From positions 1 to 50,168 of the forward strand of contig JAWOBA010000210.1 in the NCBI GenBank assembly GCA_046498285.1: DNA of 50,168 nt, written 5' to 3'. The position numbers were made by a program, and so were the translations under genes. Positions 43,855 to 50,168 of the stretch are shown piece after piece; the stretch's first letter is position 1, and every line of letters starts with the position of its first letter. The stretch is from Desulfatiglandales bacterium. Lineage in GTDB: Bacteria; Desulfobacterota; DSM-4660; Desulfatiglandales; B25-G16. The notes under the pieces were generated by a model, which saw only the letters and a list, made by a program, of their open reading frames with translations, ran no database searches and had not been told where the DNA came from.

Positions 43855-45771
43855 TTAACTTCCAATCAGACATCGTGCAACATTTTCCCATTGCCCATTA
43901 TTCACCCAGAGGAACTTTTCCATAAAAAGCCTGTCGCTTTTATAATATGCACCTTTTTTGTGGCGCTGTAGAAACTTGTTGAATTGGCTAGGTCCCCCAT
44001 TATACATGGCATAAATCACCATTGCGAGCAGCTTGTCATCCAGTGAATTTTTGGGACCCATTTTTTCCATATTTTTCAATGCATATCTGTTGAAATATAG
44101 AGCTGCAATTTCACAACCCGCCTTGGCGTTGTAATGTATATCCCACCGTAGGTAATTCTGATCATACATACCATTCCACACACGCTCGTTTATTTGCATG
44201 AGCCCGACTGATGTACCATTATAGGATCTAAGGTAAGTCACTTTATTATTTTCTACCTTGAATTGTCGGTAGCAGCTTTCTTGCCACGCGGTTGCAAGGA
44301 TAATCAAGCGGAATAAATCATGGTATCTTTTTCCAATCTTTCCATTTTTCAACGCAGTATTGGAGGCATCTAATAAAAGCGATTTAGTTTTTTCAAGATA
44401 CTGCGCCAGATTGTTTTTTGAGACTATCCATCTCCTAATACTGTCAGGCATCACTTTCTTAGTATTATATTCAGCCCATGCCGTTTTTAGAAAAAGCTGT
44501 CTAATTACATGGAGGAAGGTATCACGGTTTTCTTTAATGGCCTCTTCTGTATTGGGTGTAAGCTCAATTGCATTACCATCGAAAACCTGGTTTGGAACAG
44601 AAAGAGGTGGACCTAGTCCGAGCATCTCCCTGAGTTCACTGTTAACGCCCGGCTGGTAGGTGAGAATAACCGACTCTCCCTCACTTATCAATTTCAAAAG
44701 GCGAATCAGGCCATTTCGGCTGATTTCGATACCCAGGGTCGGACCTAAGGCATCCAATGCGATTAAGGCATCGGAAGCCGTAAAAAAAGCAAGGTAGTTC
44801 AAAACAGATTTAGATGGATCATCGCCTAGATGATTTCTAAAAACGGGTGATAATTGTTTCCATGCCGCTACAAATTGTTCCCGAACAAAATCCTGCACCC
44901 TGGCCCTCTCTGAAAGTTTATTGATAAATCGATGTCTTGTTTCTAGTAGGGTATTTAGTAGAATTTGGCGATCATCAACCGTTAGTGGCTCTCTTGAAAG
45001 TGATGTTACCATACGTACAAGAAATGCATCCCATACCTCCCAGGTCTTAGTAAACTGCACTATTTCCTCTTCCGAAATCGTGACTTCTTTGAAATCTTTA
45101 TCACTCTCATAGATTTCTTCAATCTGTGTGAGAATATTTACCTGGATGGCATCAGGAGTTGTTTGAATTTTTCCAGGGTACATGCTTTCTATCATTTTTT
45201 GAGCCTGGGTATGTAAATCCGTTGGAAAAAGTGGCAATAAAAAGGACTGTAACTCCGATACCGGTGGTGCGAGATTAATGGTGATGTTATTTAAAGATTC
45301 ATAGACCGATGTTTTAATATGGTTCCATATTATACCGGCAATTTTTGCAGGTTTGTGGTGCTTGTCATAGAGAATAGAATCAGTCGTATTGAAAGACAGG
45401 ATCCATTGGTTATCAATCTGCGGTTTCTGCGATAGTAACAGATAACCTTCCCATTCAATAGGTATGTGGCAGCTATCAAAAAGGTACATACCAATGCGAA
45501 TATAGATTCTTGTTTCAAAGAGAACATGTGAATCTTTTTCTGCAAACATTGGTTTCGATATACTAATTTTCAGGCATCCATCCTTATCGTCAACTAAAAC
45601 GGCGGTTTGGCCGGGGTCAGTGAAGAAAGTCTTGACAACGAGTGACCTTAGCAGTTGGAAGTCAATGGATAAAGGTAAAGAAACAGTTTTAGGTAAGGCG
45701 TTACCAGGGAAAAAGAGAATAGCCATCAATAGGAAAAGAATCGAAAGAAAATACTTTACAGATTTTTTCAT
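43855..45771 (-). CDS. Secreted protein with C-terminal lytic transglycosylase (SLT) domain and a large unassigned N-terminal region
   Basis: The ORF opens at TTG 45822. ATG 45771 gives the signal-like MKKSVKYFLSILFLLMAILFFPGNALP. SLT motifs AWQESCYRQF, VGLMQINERVW, AMYNGGP. Confidence 0.8.
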   Translation of the reverse strand: MKKSVKYFLSILFLLMAILFFPGNALPKTVSLPLSIDFQLLRSLVVKTFFTDPGQTAVLVDDKDGCLKISISKPMFAEKDSHVLFETRIYIRIGMYLFDSCHIPIEWEGYLLLSQKPQIDNQWILSFNTTDSILYDKHHKPAKIAGIIWNHIKTSVYESLNNITINLAPPVSELQSFLLPLFPTDLHTQAQKMIESMYPGKIQTTPDAIQVNILTQIEEIYESDKDFKEVTISEEEIVQFTKTWEVWDAFLVRMVTSLSREPLTVDDRQILLNTLLETRHRFINKLSERARVQDFVREQFVAAWKQLSPVFRNHLGDDPSKSVLNYLAFFTASDALIALDALGPTLGIEISRNGLIRLLKLISEGESVILTYQPGVNSELREMLGLGPPLSVPNQVFDGNAIELTPNTEEAIKENRDTFLHVIRQLFLKTAWAEYNTKKVMPDSIRRWIVSKNNLAQYLEKTKSLLLDASNTALKNGKIGKRYHDLFRLIILATAWQESCYRQFKVENNKVTYLRSYNGTSVGLMQINERVWNGMYDQNYLRWDIHYNAKAGCEIAALYFNRYALKNMEKMGPKNSLDDKLLAMVIYAMYNGGPSQFNKFLQRHKKGAYYKSDRLFMEKFLWVNNGQWENVARCLIGS

Positions 45772-45928
45772 GTTGATAATTTTTGGGGCAGTTTGTGTGA
45801 TTTCTTTTATCAGGTTTTTCAATTCCTCAGTAACGTAAAGATATTTGTTTGTTGCCTAAGGTATCAATTAATCTACCCTAAAAAAGTTCGTTCACCGTCA
45901 GGTCGATATCCCTACTGGGGGAAAGCGA

Positions 45929-47248
45929 CTATTTTGCTTTCACCCATTCTTTTACCTTGCAAGATTTTTCTTTTGATCGCTTTATAATATCTTCAACATC
46001 TAAGGTAAGAAGCCTTCTATCTTCCATAACGATTTTGCCATCTATAATTGAATGTTTTACATCATGTCCACTCGCAGCATAGACAAGATGTGAATATGCA
46101 TTATACATGGGAACAAGATGAGGCTTATTTGTATCAATCACTATCAAATCAGCCCTTTTCCCCACTTCTAATGACCCCGTAATTTTTTCCAGACCGAGGA
46201 CTTTTGCGCCATCTTTAGTGGCCATCTTTATAAGAGTTTGGGCATTCATTACAGTAGGATCGAGGTTATTTACCTTATGTAGTTTTGCAGCCATATCCAT
46301 CTCGCCAAAAAGATCAAGATTGTTGTTAGAGGCACATCCATCAGTACCCAGCCCCACTGGTATACCTTTCGCTATCATATCAGGAACAGGGGCTATACCC
46401 GAAGCAAGCTTCATATTGCTTTCTGGATTATGAACGATACATACATTATTCTCTGCAAGTAATTCTATTTCAGATTTGTTGATATAAACGCAATGATCTA
46501 GAATGAGGTGAGGACCCAAAAGACCAAGATCATTTAAGTGTTGAACCGGTCTTGTTTTAAATTTCTTTTCCACCTCAGTTACTTCTTCTTTCGTTTCTGC
46601 TAGGTGAAGAATTAGGGGAACCTCTTTTTTAAGGGCTAGATCATTTGCTTTACATAAAAGCTCCTCACCACAGGTGAACAAAGAATGTGGTTCAATTGCT
46701 ATGTTTACTAAGGGATCCCCGGACCATCTTTCAATCAATTCATTTGTATACCTGAACCCGTTTTCCAATTCTCCGTAATTTGGTGACGGAAAATCATAGA
46801 GAACCTCGCCAACCATACTCCTCATCCCTGCTTCTTTCGCAGCACGTGCCACCTCCTCCTCAAAGAGGTACATGTCACAGAACGTTGTGGTCCCTGAGAG
46901 TATCATCTCAGCACATGCCAGGAGGCTTCCAACCCTTACAAAATCTTCATCCATTTTTCTTTCCACAGGGAATATGTAATTGTTCAGCCAATCCACAAGA
47001 GGAAGGTCATCCGCCAGTCCCCTGAATAAGGTCATCGGTGCATGGGTATGACTATTTATAAGGCCAGGTAAGATAAGGCCTCCTTGGATATCAAGTTCCT
47101 TTTTTGCCTTTATAGAACCTTTCTCATTGCTTCCTACATACGATATTGTATTTCGTGATATAGCTACCATTCCATTAGGAATAATTGTATTTTGATTATC
47201 CATAGTTAGGATAATCCCGCTATGAATCAAGATATCAGCCTCATTCAT
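45929..47248 (-). CDS. mtaD: 5'-methylthioadenosine/S-adenosylhomocysteine deaminase (amidohydrolase family)
   Basis: LPGLINSHTHAPMTLFRGLADDLPLVDWL matches the MtaD N-terminal metal-binding region. HLAET, GTDG.ASNN and a C-terminal amidohydrolase layout. Confidence 0.88.
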   Translation of the reverse strand: MNEADILIHSGIILTMDNQNTIIPNGMVAISRNTISYVGSNEKGSIKAKKELDIQGGLILPGLINSHTHAPMTLFRGLADDLPLVDWLNNYIFPVERKMDEDFVRVGSLLACAEMILSGTTTFCDMYLFEEEVARAAKEAGMRSMVGEVLYDFPSPNYGELENGFRYTNELIERWSGDPLVNIAIEPHSLFTCGEELLCKANDLALKKEVPLILHLAETKEEVTEVEKKFKTRPVQHLNDLGLLGPHLILDHCVYINKSEIELLAENNVCIVHNPESNMKLASGIAPVPDMIAKGIPVGLGTDGCASNNNLDLFGEMDMAAKLHKVNNLDPTVMNAQTLIKMATKDGAKVLGLEKITGSLEVGKRADLIVIDTNKPHLVPMYNAYSHLVYAASGHDVKHSIIDGKIVMEDRRLLTLDVEDIIKRSKEKSCKVKEWVKAK

Positions 47249-48063
47249 TTTTCTAAATCCTCGATAATTGCTGTAAGTAGTATGTTTAATGATTGAAAAG
47301 CCTTTTTGGCATTAGAAATCACCTCTTCAATTGAAGTGGGGGTCATGCAATCGGGAAGATTTCTATTAGTGATTACCGCAATCACCATTACCTTTAATCC
47401 GCAATGAACGGCAGTTATGACCTCATTAACGGTTGACATCCCTACTGCATCAGCACCTATGAGTCTGAAAAATCTCGTCTCAGCAGGAGTTTCAAGGCTT
47501 GGTCCTGTTATGCCAACATATATACCTTGGTTCAAAGTAATTCGTTTTTCTGTTGCCTTATCTTTGCATAATGCTATAAGATTCTTATCATAGGCAGCAG
47601 ACATGTCAGGAAACCTTGGCCCCAATTCATCAATATTCTTTCCGATAAGGGGATTACCTCCGGTAAGATTTATATGATCTGTAACAAGCATCAATTCTCC
47701 TGGATTAAACAGGGGATTTAGTCCACCTGCTGCGCTTAGTACAACGAGGTATTTTGCTCCTAACTTCGCCATAACACGGATGGGAAAAGTAATTTCATTA
47801 CTCGTATATCCCTCGTATATATGTAATCTTCCGTGCATAGCAATAATAGGCTTGTTTGCTAACATGCCAGAGACAAGAATTCCAGCATGGCTTATAGCCG
47901 TTGCTGCTGGAAAATAAGGAATCTGCTCATAGGGAATCTTAGTGTCAATTTCAATTATATCAGTAAGATTTCCAAGGCCGGTTCCCATGATCATTCCAAT
48001 GAGAGGCTGATGAGCTATCTTATCACGTATAAATGTGGCTGCTTCAGTTATCTTTTTAACCAT
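47245..48063 (-). CDS. Purine nucleoside phosphorylase (PunA/PNP family; possibly methylthioinosine phosphorylase)
   Basis: GTGLGNL, IPYFPAATAISHAGILVSG, MHGRLHIYEGY, AAGGLNP, DHINLTG.NPLIG, GPRFPDMSAAY. ATGA overlap with mtaD. RBS GAGGAA. Confidence 0.9.
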   Translation of the reverse strand: MVKKITEAATFIRDKIAHQPLIGMIMGTGLGNLTDIIEIDTKIPYEQIPYFPAATAISHAGILVSGMLANKPIIAMHGRLHIYEGYTSNEITFPIRVMAKLGAKYLVVLSAAGGLNPLFNPGELMLVTDHINLTGGNPLIGKNIDELGPRFPDMSAAYDKNLIALCKDKATEKRITLNQGIYVGITGPSLETPAETRFFRLIGADAVGMSTVNEVITAVHCGLKVMVIAVITNRNLPDCMTPTSIEEVISNAKKAFQSLNILLTAIIEDLEK

Positions 48064-48307
48064 ATCAATTCCTCAAACAATTCACTAAGAATTAGATTAG
48101 ATCAACAATAAAGTCAACAGTGTTTATCAATATTTTCCTTGACCGTTGTGCGTTAGATTTTTAATATGCGTACATAATTGACTAATATACATGTCACCGA
48201 ATCAAAACAAGTATCTTTAAATGAAAAAGGTTGAAATTTAATTCTATTACATTGATATATTCATTAATTTGTAAATTAACAAATGCCCTTACTAGTTAGG
48301 ATTATTT

Positions 48308-49306
48308 ATGTCTTCCATGATTGATGATTTTTTGGATCCAAAAATTTTTCCAGACAAAACGGAAAGCGTATCTCTCACTCAGACTCATATCTCTATCGTT
48401 TTTCTTGCAGACAAGTTTGTATATAAGATAAAAAAGCCTGTCAATTTTGGGTTTTTAGACTTTTCTACACTAAAAAAAAGGCTCTATTACTGCCATCAGG
48501 AGATCATACTGAATCGACGTCTGTCAAAAGATATATATGAAGATGTATTACCAATAACCTATGATGGAAAAAGTTATAGAATGGGAAGAGGGGAGGGCAA
48601 AATTGTAGACTATGCAGTCAAAATGAAAAGGCTTCCTGATGAAATGCTTATGAAATCGGTGTTTTTTCGAGGAGAATTAAAGAATGAACACTTAAAAAAA
48701 ATTGCTGAAGTTCTTGCAGGATTTCATGGAACTGCTCGTAACACCTTGGATATAGATAAATTTGGCGAGCCAGAAATGTTCAAGGTTAATACAGATGAAA
48801 ATTTTGCACAGATCCAGAAATATATTGGCACGACAATTGAGAGAAGAGATTATAGTACCCTCAAAAAATGGACTGATGATTTTTATAATTCGAATAAAAC
48901 TCTTTTCATGGAGAGGATAAAGAATAAGAAGATACGGGACTGCCATGGAGATCTTCACATGGAGCATATTTGCCTTACAGAAAATCTTTCCATTTTTGAT
49001 TGCATTGAGTTTAACAATAGATTTCGGTATACTGATAGTTTAGCTGATATCGCCTTCTTGCTTATGGATTTGGAATATTTTGGGGGGAATTCTCTTTCGA
49101 AGATATTTTGGGATCTATATCAACAATTAGCCAATGAGCAGGATGTGAATTCGTTGCTCAATTTTTACAAAATCTATCGGGCAATTGTTAGAGGGAAGGT
49201 GAACAGTTTTCAACTCGATGATGCAAGTATAGGAATGGAAAAAAAAGAAGAAGCCATGGACACCTCGAGAAGATATTTCAAACTCGCCAGGTCATATATA
49301 GGCTAA
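48308..49306 (+). CDS. Aminoglycoside-phosphotransferase-fold kinase family protein (COG2187-like)
   Basis: 332 aa. N-terminus THISIVFLADKFVYKIKKPV (Lys-containing strand). Catalytic-loop-like CHGDLHMEHI followed by FDCIEFN. Confidence 0.75.
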   Translation: MSSMIDDFLDPKIFPDKTESVSLTQTHISIVFLADKFVYKIKKPVNFGFLDFSTLKKRLYYCHQEIILNRRLSKDIYEDVLPITYDGKSYRMGRGEGKIVDYAVKMKRLPDEMLMKSVFFRGELKNEHLKKIAEVLAGFHGTARNTLDIDKFGEPEMFKVNTDENFAQIQKYIGTTIERRDYSTLKKWTDDFYNSNKTLFMERIKNKKIRDCHGDLHMEHICLTENLSIFDCIEFNNRFRYTDSLADIAFLLMDLEYFGGNSLSKIFWDLYQQLANEQDVNSLLNFYKIYRAIVRGKVNSFQLDDASIGMEKKEEAMDTSRRYFKLARSYIG

Positions 49307-49421
49307 GTGGTAAGCAGGCGAAAGATTTATAACACAATTGCTTTTTTTGTCTGTTATAATGTATGGGATAAGCGGTTCACAGTCCACCATTGAAATGCCC
49401 TAACTGTCTATTAATAAAGGC

Positions 49422-49612
49422 GAGACCTTTGAAAAACCCGGCGATTTTCACCATCCTCAAAAAGACGATGGACTTTTTTGAAGTGACTGGTGGCTTCCGG
49501 CTCGTAGAGCCTCCCGCTCGGAGAGAAGGGTGCTGAAAAGACCAACCCGGGAGCCTCGGAGCTGAAAAAAAGCCCATCGTCTTTAGATCAAGAGGGGTTA
49601 TGCAAAGGTCTC
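49422..49612 (+). repeat. GAGACCTTTG-TIR hairpin repeat, copy E: core plus one 32-nt insert
   Basis: Same termini. Insert 49494-49525 is identical to the first insert of copy A (CTTCCGGCTCGTAGAGCCTCCCGCTCGGAGAG). Confidence 0.85.
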
Positions 49613-49875
49613 AAAGGGAAAATATATTGATCTCGTATTTCATTCGATATGTGAAAAAAGCTGACCTGAATCACGCCTTAGGCATCCATCAATAAAGCTT
49701 AGAAGATCAGTATACTATCACCTTTGAACCCCTAACCCAAACCTGACTTTGCATTGGCCAATTATCGAAATGCATATCTGGACATTCGATATGAGTTTTA
49801 CTATGGCTCAATAGTCTTAATTCAAGGCAGGCTTGAACTCGAAACTCATACGCATACTATAGTAATAAGGTAATT

Positions 49876-50168
49876 ATGAACGAAATTTTTGTAGATTTTA
49901 TGAGAAGGGAGCTGAAACCTGAAACAGTGCTGATTGCATGCGGACTTCCAGCCTCTTACAAAACAGAAACCACAGAAGTTATAGCCAAAATTAAAGGCTA
50001 TAAGATAATAAGGACAGATTTAATACGTCTTGAGGTTTTAAAAAATGAGGACATATTCGATGAGAAAGTCGCATCCAATATGGAAAAAAGGGAGCTTGTA
50101 TACAATGAAATGTTTTCTCTTGCGGATGAGCTTGCAGGCAAAGATGAAGGAATTATTCTGGATGCAAC
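49876..50168 (+). CDS. P-loop kinase-like protein, 5' partial (runs off the window)
   Basis: My own translation from ATG 49876: MNEIFVDFMRRELKPETVLIACGLPASYKTETTEVIAK... It is open to the window end. GLPASYKT sits where a Walker A GxxxxGK(S/T) is expected. APH-like kinase plus P-loop ATPase pairs or fusions are a known arrangement. Confidence 0.55.
   Translation, partial: MNEIFVDFMRRELKPETVLIACGLPASYKTETTEVIAKIKGYKIIRTDLIRLEVLKNEDIFDEKVASNMEKRELVYNEMFSLADELAGKDEGIILDA

Noticed and set aside
9895-49612. Possibility that the repeated ~160-250-nt elements are a CRISPR array or a tandem repeat
   Set aside because: The copies are 3-13 kb apart and separated by genes. They have terminal inverted repeats and long internal complementarity, and no short regular repeat-spacer periodicity exists anywhere in the window.

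Overview
AT-rich chromosomal segment from a diderm bacterium, shown by BamA, LolCD, LPS-heptose kinase and a lytic transglycosylase. The yicC-remA-gmk synteny, PAS-rich two-component genes and an Mbh-ordered Mrp cluster resemble anaerobic Desulfobacterota/Nitrospirota-type genomes, but the taxon cannot be fixed from sequence alone. The flanks are housekeeping: uvrA on the left; acetoacetyl-CoA synthetase, lysS, lolC-lolD-bamA, an aminotransferase, a GMP-synthase ATP-pyrophosphatase subunit, rfaE1, DUF4416, yicC, remA, gmk, rlmB, an SLT-domain protein, mtaD plus a purine nucleoside phosphorylase, and an APH-like kinase on the right. The centre (about 3.9-26.1 kb) is the unusual part. It holds a 13-gene, tightly coupled Mrp/Mbh-type cation/proton antiporter cluster with no redox module and four antiporter-like subunits. 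Within it is a tandemly duplicated pair: a ~70-aa two-TM protein coupled to a ~590-620-aa NuoL/MrpA-class subunit with a C-terminal helix plus anchor. Two paralogous signalling cassettes flank the cluster: Rossmann-PAS histidine kinase, REC-fused kinase with an AHY(I/V)KNIL H-box, stand-alone receiver, and tandem-USP proteins. A GAGACCTTTG-terminated hairpin-forming repeat (MITE-like) occurs in five copies built from a 159-nt core plus 32-nt or 92-nt GC-rich inserts or an internal deletion. Two direct copies bracket the Mrp cluster exactly. No rRNA, tRNA, CRISPR array, transposase or integrase was seen. All functional calls come from motif recognition by eye; no database search was run.
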